Shown piece by piece: positions 9,388 to 16,513 of a DNA stretch of 54,466 bases. A model generated the notes under the pieces. The model was not told where the DNA came from. It was given only the letters and a program-made list of their open reading frames with translations, and made no database searches. Location of the stretch: contig DCUY01000105.1 of assembly GCA_002327905.1 (NCBI GenBank), positions 1-54,466 of the forward strand. The letters are read 5' to 3'. The position numbers and the translations under genes were made by a program. The stretch comes from a candidate division WOR-3 bacterium UBA2202 (GTDB lineage Bacteria > Hydrothermota > 32-111). Within the stretch, counting starts at the first letter, position 1. Each line of letters starts with the position of its first letter.

Positions 9388-10791
9388 ATGAAACTGAAGA
9401 AAATGGAAAGCCGAACAAGGCGGACAGTCAGAATATCCCTTATTGATGGAGCATTTGCTCAAATTTATACATCATTGTCCGGAATTGGCAGTATTTTTGT
9501 AACGAAGTTTCTTGTGCTACTTAATGCAGGTCCGATTCACTTCGGAATGCTGTCTGCTCTCGGACAGCTTTCTCAGGTATTTCAGCTCTTGGGAAGTGTT
9601 ATAGCAAAAGAGTCTGATTCAAGGAAGAAAATGGTGCTTATAATGGCATTTCTCGGCAGATCTCTCTCTTTTTTATTCGGTTTCGTTTCAATTGTATTTT
9701 TCGGCAAATCAACCGTAATAGCATTTTTGGTTTTGTTTTTTGTAAGCAATGCTTTGCAGGCAATGAGTGCAAACCTGTGGGTTGCTTGGATTTCCGATAT
9801 GGTTCCCATGGGAATAAGGGGAAGATTCTTTTCAATGCGCTCACAGCTTCTTCTTTTGGTGGGCCTTTTGACAGGATATTTATTCAGTTTTGTCATAGAT
9901 TTGTTTGATGAAGCACCGGGCGGGTTCTCTTCAATGGTTTTAGATATTCTGAACAAACCTTCATTTTTCAATCATGAGAATCTGAATATTGCATTCATTT
10001 TCATTTTTTCGTTTGCGGCTTTAATGGGAATTATAGGTATATACATTTTAAGTTTTCAGCCTGAAAAGAAAAAAAATGTTGATAAAGATGAGATTCTGAA
10101 GATGTATTTTGAGCCATTCAAAGATAAAAATTTCATAAGGTTTTTAATTTACGGATTATGGTGGATGACCGCAGTTGGTATCGGGGCTCCATTCTGGCAA
10201 CCGTTTATGATAAAAACACTGAAAATGAGTATGGTCGAAATACAAATATACGGAACAATAAGCACTTTCGCTTCTCTAATTGCATTGAAACCATGGGGAA
10301 AATTTATTGACAAATTTGGAAACAAGACTGCAATGAGAATAGCAATATTAATGGGGGGAATCAATCCTCTAATTTGGCTTTTCGCCAATCAAAACTCGTA
10401 TCGGATAATATTTGTGGAAGCCTTTTTGTCAGGCATAATGTGGGCTGGTGCAGGAATAGTTGCAACTAATTTTGTTTTGTCAATCGCTCCTGAAAATAAA
10501 AGAGGAGTATATTCAGGTATTTATGGAGCATTGACAGGTATAGCAATGATGTTTTCCATGATTTTATCAAGCATTGTAGTGCCAAAACCTTTGCAGATTT
10601 TCGGACTCAGTCTTTCAGGGGAACAGGTTTTATTCGGTTTGACCGGAATAGCGAGATGGACAACGGAAATACCAATCACATTTATAAAAGAGCCTCGTTC
10701 GAAAAGATTCAAAGAGGCTCTTTTTTTCTTTCAAGAATTTGCAAAAGTGCGAATAATTCAGATAACCCAATGGTTCATTAAAAGGAAATAA
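9388..10791 (+). CDS. MFS transporter
   Basis: About 12 hydrophobic segments with a GIRGRFFS loop motif between TM2/3-like helices. Start placed at the ATG at 9388 (MKLKKMESRTRR) rather than ORF-track 9208, which runs into the divergent flavodoxin gene. Confidence 0.75.
   Translation: MKLKKMESRTRRTVRISLIDGAFAQIYTSLSGIGSIFVTKFLVLLNAGPIHFGMLSALGQLSQVFQLLGSVIAKESDSRKKMVLIMAFLGRSLSFLFGFVSIVFFGKSTVIAFLVLFFVSNALQAMSANLWVAWISDMVPMGIRGRFFSMRSQLLLLVGLLTGYLFSFVIDLFDEAPGGFSSMVLDILNKPSFFNHENLNIAFIFIFSFAALMGIIGIYILSFQPEKKKNVDKDEILKMYFEPFKDKNFIRFLIYGLWWMTAVGIGAPFWQPFMIKTLKMSMVEIQIYGTISTFASLIALKPWGKFIDKFGNKTAMRIAILMGGINPLIWLFANQNSYRIIFVEAFLSGIMWAGAGIVATNFVLSIAPENKRGVYSGIYGALTGIAMMFSMILSSIVVPKPLQIFGLSLSGEQVLFGLTGIARWTTEIPITFIKEPRSKRFKEALFFFQEFAKVRIIQITQWFIKRK
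10687..10727. terminator. terminator-like hairpin inside the last 35 codons of the MFS gene; possibly bidirectional
   Basis: AAAGAGCCTC (10687-10696) pairs with GAGGCTCTTT (10714-10723), followed by a T7 run (10721-10727). On the other strand the stem is followed by TTTTAT. The 17-nt loop is long for a canonical intrinsic terminator. Confidence 0.35.
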
Positions 10792-11778
10792 TTACTCTAT
10801 CGCTCCTGTTTTTTGAAGAATAATGAGGATTATAGTTGTCTGAATCACTGTACCTACGATTCCTCCCAATATACTCATTGTAGTATTCAAGTTTCTATTA
10901 GAAGATGGTATGAGGCATGCCGCAGTTGAGCTGATAAGGCATCCCGGAACATTGAGGCAAGTGCCTGCTGTGCATCCTATGCAACACCAGTCATTTGAGT
11001 CAGGTCCTTTGTGCCAACGATTTCTCCATCCGTAGTGATTTCCATTATTCCAGTTGTTGCCGTTGTTGCCATTATTCCCATTGTTGCCATTGTTACCGTT
11101 GTTCCCGTTATTGCCGTTATTGCCATTATTACCGTTATTGCCATTATTGCCGTTATTTCCATTATTGCCATTGTTACCGTTGTTCCCGTTATTACCATTA
11201 TTCCCATTATTGCCGTTATTTCCATTATTGCCATTGTTACCGTTGTTCCCGTTATTACCGTTATTGCCATTATTACCATTATTACCGTTATTGCCATTAT
11301 CATCTTTATTTTTAGGAGGGTTCTTCTTCTTACCGTCATCATTCCCGTTATTGCCGTTATTTCCATTGTTGCCATTGTTACCGTTGTTCCCGTTATTACC
11401 ATTATTCCCATTGTTACCGTTGTTCCCGTTATTACCGTTATTACCGTTATTACCATTGTTGCCGTTATTGCCGTTATCATTACCTTTATCATCATTGTCA
11501 TCTTTTATTTTGCTTTTATCTTTGTCTTTATCCTTGTCACTATCATCATCTTTATCTTCATCATCTTTAATATCATCTTTACCTTTATTTTTATCATCAT
11601 CTTTTGCATAATCATCATCATCGTCACCATCATTTATAAGCAACTCTTTATTTTTTGATTGGTCAGTAATTTTTACATCATCAGACTGAGAAGTCAGAAT
11701 AAGCGGCAAATATGGCGTTGCGCTTATTGCAATGGTCAGTAAGATCAAAGCTGAGAAAAAGAGAGCTATTTTTTTCAT
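10792..11778 (-). CDS. secreted/anchored low-complexity protein with two (Gly-Asn-Asn)n tracts
   Basis: Signal peptide, a D/K-rich acidic segment, then 14 and 27 consecutive GNN units separated by DDGKKKNPPKNKDDN. Next come a W/H/R- and Cys-rich segment (WCCIGCTAGTCLNVPGCLISSTAAC) and a C-terminal hydrophobic helix. AGGAGG SD lies upstream of the ATG. Confidence 0.7.
   Translation of the reverse strand: MKKIALFFSALILLTIAISATPYLPLILTSQSDDVKITDQSKNKELLINDGDDDDDYAKDDDKNKGKDDIKDDEDKDDDSDKDKDKDKSKIKDDNDDKGNDNGNNGNNGNNGNNGNNGNNGNNGNNGNNGNNGNNGNNGNNGNNGNDDGKKKNPPKNKDDNGNNGNNGNNGNNGNNGNNGNNGNNGNNGNNGNNGNNGNNGNNGNNGNNGNNGNNGNNGNNGNNGNNGNNGNNGNNGNNGNNWNNGNHYGWRNRWHKGPDSNDWCCIGCTAGTCLNVPGCLISSTAACLIPSSNRNLNTTMSILGGIVGTVIQTTIILIILQKTGAIE
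11053..11295 (-). repeat. coding tandem repeat, 27 x GNN (9-bp period, degenerate at synonymous sites)
   Basis: Hand count of in-frame codons GG(N) AA(Y) AA(Y). Longer ~60-bp blocks recur, for example tgccgttatttccattattgccattgttaccgttgttcccgttattacc. Confidence 0.85.
11344..11472 (-). repeat. coding tandem repeat, 14 x GNN
   Basis: Hand count of 43 in-frame codons (14 GNN plus G). Confidence 0.85.
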
Positions 11779-11835
11779 TTTGCCTCCTGTGTTTTAAATA
11801 CAAGACATAAAATCAGAGGTTTTGTTTATTTGCCC

Positions 11836-11863
11836 TTGCAATTATGCACTTTTTTATTATAAT
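11836..11863 (+). promoter_or_regulatory. candidate sigma70-type promoter for glnA
   Basis: TTGCAA 11836-11841, 16-nt spacer, TATAAT 11858-11863. GGAGG lies before the ATG at 11888. Confidence 0.45.
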
Positions 11864-11887
11864 ATTCAAACACTAATGGAGGTTTAA

Positions 11888-13297
11888 ATGACTAAAAAGA
11901 AATTTTCCGGAGCATTGAATTTCTCTGAATTCAAGTGGATAGACTTGAAATTCAGTGATTTAATGGGCAATATGCATCATATTACTCTTCCTATAAAGAA
12001 TCTTGATGAGATAAGAAAATATGGAGTCGGATTTGATTCGTCAAGCTGTCCGGGATTCAAATCAGTTGAAGGCGGTGACATGGTTTTGATGATTGATGAA
12101 AATACTGCATTTAATGAACCGTTTTCTAATGAACCGACAGTATCCTTTTTTTGCAGAGTCAAAGAGGCTGATACGAGAAAAGATTATGACAGAGACCCGA
12201 GAGGAATAGCGGCAAGGGCTGAGGAATATTTAAAGGATCAGTCAATCGGTGATGAAATTCTTTTCGGTCCTGAGTTTGAGTTTTATGTCTTTGACAGAGT
12301 GAATGTAAAAAATTCTGAAAATATTACTGAATGCAGAATTGAGTCCTATGAAGCGAATATGTCTATTGAAAAAGAGGATGTAAATGAGACGGGAGAGTTT
12401 CTGCAGAAAAAGCAGGGATATCATGCAATGCCGCCAAAGGATAAATTCCAATCATTAAGGCAGGAGATATCAAATGTAATAATGAATTACGGAATAGACC
12501 TGATTTATCATCATCACGAAGTCGGGGCAGGGCAGAATGAAATAGAAATAAAGCGATATCCGCTTGTTAAGACAGGCGACAATATTCAGATAATAAAATA
12601 TTTCATTAAAATGATTTCATACAAATTTGAATTGTCTGCAACATTCATGCCGAAGCCGATGTTCAATATGCCTGGAACAGGAATGCATTTTCATCAGCAC
12701 ATATTTAAGAACAAGAAAAATTTGTTTTACGGAGATGAGTACGGAGGATTGTCAAAACTTGCAGAGTATTATGTTGCAGGACTTTTAAGGCACGGAAGGT
12801 CTCTGCTTGCATTCACCAATCCTTCGACAAATTCATACAAGAGGCTTGTACCGGGATTTGAAGCTCCGGTAAAACTCTTTTACTCACTTGCAAACAGGTC
12901 GTCTGCGATAAGAATACCCAAATACGCTACAAGTGAAGGGGAGAAGAGAATAGAATTCAGACCTCCGGATGGAACGGCAAATCCTTATTTGGCATGCGCC
13001 GCTATGCTGATGGCCGGAATAGACGGAATAAAGAATAAGATTTCCTTGAAGGATAATAATTTCGGTCCGTTTGACATCAATATGGAGCATGCTGATAAGA
13101 AAATTCTTGATAAAGTGAAATCTTGTCCGGCATCTCTGCAAGAAGCATTGCAGGCATTAAAAGATGACAATGAATTTCTGCTTAAAGGAAATGTATTCTC
13201 AAAGCAGATGATTGAATCATACATTGAATACAAAGAGAGGGAGGCGCTTGATATGAACAAGAGGCCCCACCCTTATGAATTTGAACTCTATTTTTAA
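11888..13297 (+). CDS. glnA: glutamine synthetase, type I
   Basis: 469 aa. The beta-grasp N-terminus (WIDLKFSDLMG..HH) and catalytic domain motifs (GPEFEFYVFD, HHHEVGAGQNEI, GTGMHFHQ, NSYKRLVPGFEAP, IEFRPPD) are all present. Confidence 0.92.
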   Translation: MTKKKFSGALNFSEFKWIDLKFSDLMGNMHHITLPIKNLDEIRKYGVGFDSSSCPGFKSVEGGDMVLMIDENTAFNEPFSNEPTVSFFCRVKEADTRKDYDRDPRGIAARAEEYLKDQSIGDEILFGPEFEFYVFDRVNVKNSENITECRIESYEANMSIEKEDVNETGEFLQKKQGYHAMPPKDKFQSLRQEISNVIMNYGIDLIYHHHEVGAGQNEIEIKRYPLVKTGDNIQIIKYFIKMISYKFELSATFMPKPMFNMPGTGMHFHQHIFKNKKNLFYGDEYGGLSKLAEYYVAGLLRHGRSLLAFTNPSTNSYKRLVPGFEAPVKLFYSLANRSSAIRIPKYATSEGEKRIEFRPPDGTANPYLACAAMLMAGIDGIKNKISLKDNNFGPFDINMEHADKKILDKVKSCPASLQEALQALKDDNEFLLKGNVFSKQMIESYIEYKEREALDMNKRPHPYEFELYF

Positions 13298-13304
13298 ATT
13301 TTGA

Positions 13305-13332
13305 TTGACAATTTTTAGGAATAACATATAAT
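13305..13332 (+). promoter_or_regulatory. candidate consensus promoter for tRNA-Ser
   Basis: TTGACA 13305-13310, 16-nt spacer, TATAAT 13327-13332. The tRNA begins 13 nt downstream. Confidence 0.5.
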
Positions 13333-13344
13333 TTGTCAGGACAC

Positions 13345-13434
13345 GGAGAGGTGGCCGAGCGGTCTAAGGCGGCGGATTGCTAATCCGTTGTAGTGGTTAT
13401 ACCGCTACCCCGGGTTCAAATCCCGGCCTCTCCG
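13345..13434 (+). tRNA. tRNA-Ser (anticodon GCT)
   Basis: Hand-folded cloverleaf: acceptor GGAGAGG/CCTCTCC, anticodon loop TTGCTAA, long variable arm (GTAGTGG..CCGCTAC), T arm CCGGG-TTCAAAT-CCCGG, discriminator G. CCA is not encoded. Confidence 0.9.
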
Positions 13435-13446
13435 TATCTTACTCTG

Positions 13447-13470
13447 GGGACGGAGTATACTTTATACTTT
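13447..13470. repeat. left inverted repeat (24 bp) with an internal mini-hairpin
   Basis: Exact reverse complement of 14363-14386. AGTATA-CTT-TATACT (13454-13468) is self-complementary. Confidence 0.9.
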
Positions 13471-13480
13471 GGAGGTTTTT

Positions 13481-14371
13481 ATGAGAAAAGCGCGGATAAC
13501 GTTTTTGGGTGCATATCATCATATAACATGCAGGGCACTTGAAGGAAAACCTATACTTAAAGATGCCCACTGTAAAAATTATTTGATTCAGCTCATAAAG
13601 AAATACTCAAAACTTTGTGGAATAAAAATTCTTGCATATTGTATAATGGACAATCATTATCATCTTATAATTCAGAACACAAGCAATAAAATGGATAAAT
13701 TCATGAGAGATGTAAATGGGACTTTTGGGGCGTTTTATAGAAATCTCGATAATTCCCACGGCTATGTATTTCAAGACAGGTATTATTCAAAGATAATACA
13801 GAATGATGAGTATCTTAAGATTGCTTTGATTTATACTCTTTTAAATCCATACAGAGCCGGAATAATAGAGAATGTCTACGAATATGAATTTTCAACAATA
13901 ACTCGGTATTTCGGCGATAATAAAATAGACTGGATAGAGTATGAGTTTGTTAGGGATTTGTTTCAAAGTGAAAATAATTTTAAGTCTCTGCTGAATAGTT
14001 GGGCAGGCAAAACAATGCCGTATCTGAAGACAAAATTTGGAGATATTATAGGCGAAGAGAAATTTGTCGAAACCGTAGAAGAGAATTTTGACAGAAGAGT
14101 TGCGAAAGACATTCAGAATTCACCAAATATGAGAAATCAAAATGAATTTGAAGATAAAGAAACGATTATTAAAGAATTTTTGGATTTAAACCGAATTTCA
14201 TTAAAATCATTGGAAAAGGATTTGGTATTGAGAAATAAACTTCTTATCAAATTAAGAGAAGAGGGCGGATTGTCATTTAAAGAAATTAATAGAATATGTC
14301 CATTTAGTACTTTAAAATATTCGTCTATCATCTCTTTATATGGTAGGTTAAAGAAAAGAGAAAAAGTATAA
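13481..14371 (+). CDS. REP-associated tyrosine transposase-like protein (IS200/Y1 HUH family) with a C-terminal helix-turn-helix-like extension
   Basis: HUH motif in CIMDNHYHLIIQ and the catalytic-Tyr region YVFQDRYYSKII...YTLLNPYRAGI, typical of the RayT/IS200 TnpA fold. GGAGG at 13471-13475 precedes the ATG at 13481; the ORF-track TTG at 13469 is rejected. Confidence 0.72.
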   Translation: MRKARITFLGAYHHITCRALEGKPILKDAHCKNYLIQLIKKYSKLCGIKILAYCIMDNHYHLIIQNTSNKMDKFMRDVNGTFGAFYRNLDNSHGYVFQDRYYSKIIQNDEYLKIALIYTLLNPYRAGIIENVYEYEFSTITRYFGDNKIDWIEYEFVRDLFQSENNFKSLLNSWAGKTMPYLKTKFGDIIGEEKFVETVEENFDRRVAKDIQNSPNMRNQNEFEDKETIIKEFLDLNRISLKSLEKDLVLRNKLLIKLREEGGLSFKEINRICPFSTLKYSSIISLYGRLKKREKV

Positions 14372-14386
14372 AGTATACTCCGTCCC
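14363..14386. repeat. right inverted repeat (24 bp)
   Basis: AAAGTATAAAGTATACTCCGTCCC. It contains the transposase stop codon (14369-14371). Confidence 0.9.
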
Positions 14387-14453
14387 TATAGAAAAAGATA
14401 AAAAACGAGGGATTGGGGAGATTTAAGCGTCTAAATAGGCAAAAGGAGAAAAA

Positions 14454-14897
14454 ATGAAAGAAAAGATTCTTTACATAGTTTTGGCAGTAAGCGTAGGAAT
14501 AAATGTAGGATTTCTTTCATCGCTTATATATATAAATTCGCACAGACCGGGTATCAATTGTCCGCCGCATGAATTTGAGAACAGGCCTGAACAGTTTGAA
14601 AAATTCAGAATCATGCTTGATTCTGTAAACATGACGAATGAACCGTATTTTTTTGCAGTTGAAGATGCAAGAGGAAAACTCTTTGAAACCTTAAAGAGCG
14701 ACAATCCTGACACTCATATTGTGGATTCGCTTTTAGGAAGAATATCTATGATACAGAATGATATGGAGAAGAACATTGTCAGAAATGTAATTCGATTAAA
14801 AAATGAATTGCCTGAATCAGACAAGAGAATGCTTATAGATTTTCTTGAGAGAAGAAATCAGCACCTTAAATCTATTAAGAAAACAACTAATAAATAG
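14454..14897 (+). CDS. membrane-anchored periplasmic Spy/CpxP/ZraP-like (heavy-metal-sensor-like) protein
   Basis: 147 aa. One N-terminal TM helix, then a helical periplasmic part with the spacing seen in Spy-like stress proteins. Sits in an ECF sigma module. Confidence 0.4.
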   Translation: MKEKILYIVLAVSVGINVGFLSSLIYINSHRPGINCPPHEFENRPEQFEKFRIMLDSVNMTNEPYFFAVEDARGKLFETLKSDNPDTHIVDSLLGRISMIQNDMEKNIVRNVIRLKNELPESDKRMLIDFLERRNQHLKSIKKTTNK

Positions 14898-14905
14898 GAG
14901 GCACA

Positions 14906-15424
14906 ATGAAAAGATTTTTAACTACGGCAACTCTGTTGTCAATCATTTTCGGACTTCTTCTGATGCCCGTATCTGCTCAAGATCAGAACGGAAAGATGCA
15001 GTGTATGGAAAAAGAGATGATGAATCATCCTGACTGTCAGATGGGTGTAATGAATATTCCCGGCCTGACAGACGACCAGATAATGCAGATTGAGAAGTTA
15101 CACATTGCTCATCAAAAAAAGATGGTTGAGCTCAAATCAAAGCATGAACTTAAGATGATTGAACTTCAGGAAGTCATGCTCGTCAATCCTGATGAAAAGA
15201 AAGCTCTCTCAATCATTGAAGAAGCGGGAAAAATCGATATAGACATTCAGAAATCAAAGATTTCCAATCATTTTGCTGTCCGCAAGGTGCTCACAAAGGA
15301 CCAGCAGAAGTTCTTCGACCTTAAAAACGGCGGGATGTCAATGAAGAAAGATAAAGGCATGAATAATGGAAATTGCCAAAACAAAGATATGGGAAAAGAA
15401 AACTGCGGGAATTGCAGTAAATAA
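14906..15424 (+). CDS. Spy/CpxP family periplasmic chaperone-like protein with Met/Cys/His-rich termini
   Basis: Signal peptide (..PVSAQD) and two LTxxQ motifs (LTDDQIMQI, LTKDQQKFF). Met/Cys-rich N-terminal part (KMQCMEKEMMNHPDCQMGVM) and C-terminal tail (GGMSMKKDKGMNNGNCQNKDMGKENCGNCSK). Confidence 0.6.
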   Translation: MKRFLTTATLLSIIFGLLLMPVSAQDQNGKMQCMEKEMMNHPDCQMGVMNIPGLTDDQIMQIEKLHIAHQKKMVELKSKHELKMIELQEVMLVNPDEKKALSIIEEAGKIDIDIQKSKISNHFAVRKVLTKDQQKFFDLKNGGMSMKKDKGMNNGNCQNKDMGKENCGNCSK

Positions 15425-15436
15425 AACACACAGAGC

Positions 15437-15458
15437 GGGCGGGGCATCTGCTCCGCCC
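15437..15458 (+). promoter_or_regulatory. GC-rich stem-loop between the Spy-like gene and the sigma factor gene
   Basis: GGGCGGGGC-ATCT-GCTCCGCCC: 9-bp stem (8 GC plus 1 G.U) with a tetraloop and no downstream U tract. Lies in the 40-nt gap between the stop at 15424 and the ATG at 15465. Confidence 0.5.
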
Positions 15459-15464
15459 ATCTAT

Positions 15465-16034
15465 ATGGAATACCCCATTCTTAATGATGAACAATTAATT
15501 GATCTTGTAATGAAACAGGATCAACAAGCATTTAAGGAGATATTCGGAAGATACTCCAAGAAGATCTTTAATCTTGCATTCTCTTATGTGGGTGATTATC
15601 ATTATGCCGAAGAGATAACTCAGGATATCTTTGTTACAATTTACGGAAAAAGCTCGAGTTTTAAGAAAACATCCTCTTTTTCAACCTGGATATACAGAAT
15701 AGCGGTGAATGCGTCAGTTTCGCACTTAAGGAAGCACAAAAAGGATTTGATGCTTTGTGATATGGAGAGTGCGGAGGACCTGAGCGAGGAGCCGATTGTT
15801 CCGGAACCTCCAGATAGAAAAGAGACGGCAAATATTTTATTGAAATCCCTTCCGGAGAGTCAAAGAATGGCATTTATATTATCTCAAAAGGATAATTTGA
15901 AATATAAAGAAATATCCGCGATTATGAAAATTTCCGAAAAGGCTGTTGAATCTCTTATTTACAGAGCCAGAGAGAATCTTAGAAGGAGCATCAGGGAGAT
16001 GAAATCAAGTGAAACTCTAAAGGAGAATCTATGA
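15465..16034 (+). CDS. ECF-type RNA polymerase sigma factor (sigma-70 family, regions 2 and 4)
   Basis: Region 2 (FKEIFGRYSKKIFNLAFSYVGDYHYAEEITQDIFV..., WIYRIAVN) and region 4 HTH (LKYKEISAIMKISEKAVESLIYRARENLR). The start at 15465 removes the extension translated through the hairpin. Confidence 0.85.
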   Translation: MEYPILNDEQLIDLVMKQDQQAFKEIFGRYSKKIFNLAFSYVGDYHYAEEITQDIFVTIYGKSSSFKKTSSFSTWIYRIAVNASVSHLRKHKKDLMLCDMESAEDLSEEPIVPEPPDRKETANILLKSLPESQRMAFILSQKDNLKYKEISAIMKISEKAVESLIYRARENLRRSIREMKSSETLKENL

Positions 16035-16462
16035 AACACTATGAACCTGTTGAAATTTCGAAATACATTGACAATGAACTCAAAACAGAGATCATGGAGA
16101 AGGTAAAAAATCATTTATCTGAGTGTTCTTCATGCAGGTCTTTGTATGAAGAGTATTCTGCTATTAAAAATACTAAAATGTTTTCTGAAGCGGAAGTGCC
16201 TGAATTTCTCTTTGCAAAAATCAATGAGACGGTTTTACACGAAAAAAGAGCTTCTTTTGGTTTTTTCAGACAATTGGTCTTTGCTCTGATGATATTTTTG
16301 TTTTTTGTCTTTTCATTCACATTCTCGCTTAATCAGGGGAGATCTCATTTTGCGAAGCAGACAGCATCGTCGTCCGAGCAGATTGCGGATGAATTTATTT
16401 CAAACATATCCTTTTATCCGTCAGGCTCTTTACTCAGCACTGTTTCATATATAGGCAGATAG
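16031..16462 (+). CDS. anti-sigma factor with zinc-binding ZAS motif (zf-HC2) and one TM helix
   Basis: HLSECSSC = H-x3-C-x2-C, plus a central TM helix (LVFALMIFLFFVFSF). ATGA overlap with the sigma gene. Confidence 0.75.
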   Translation: MKHYEPVEISKYIDNELKTEIMEKVKNHLSECSSCRSLYEEYSAIKNTKMFSEAEVPEFLFAKINETVLHEKRASFGFFRQLVFALMIFLFFVFSFTFSLNQGRSHFAKQTASSSEQIADEFISNISFYPSGSLLSTVSYIGR

Positions 16463-16513
16463 TTGATTTTTCAGCCTCAGTCTGATATAATACTTGCAAC
16501 AATGGAGGCTGTT

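Larger units (their letters stand above)
13447..14386 (+). mobile_element. RAYT/IS200-like single-gene unit bounded by perfect 24-bp inverted repeats, 12 nt downstream of tRNA-Ser
   Basis: GGGACGGAGTATACTTTATACTTT (13447-13470) is the exact reverse complement of 14363-14386. The unit encloses one HUH/Y1 transposase-like gene. Confidence 0.6.

Noticed and set aside
11053-11472. Possible CRISPR array or non-coding satellite
   Set aside because: The period is 9 bp with no unique spacers, and it is entirely in frame within a CDS. This is not the 25-40-bp repeat/spacer organisation of CRISPR.
10977-11658. Four additional long ORFs (174, 106, 215 and 185 aa) on both strands across the GNN repeat
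   Set aside because: They exist only because the 9-bp repeat lacks stop codons in several frames. Their products are monotonous Ile/Val/Thr, Leu/Pro or Cys/Tyr/His strings without starts preceded by an SD. Only the minus-strand 328-aa frame has a signal peptide, an SD and structured termini.
13435-13446. Target-site duplication flanking the inverted-repeat unit
   Set aside because: The flanks (..cttactctg | and | tatagaaaa..) show no convincing direct repeat.
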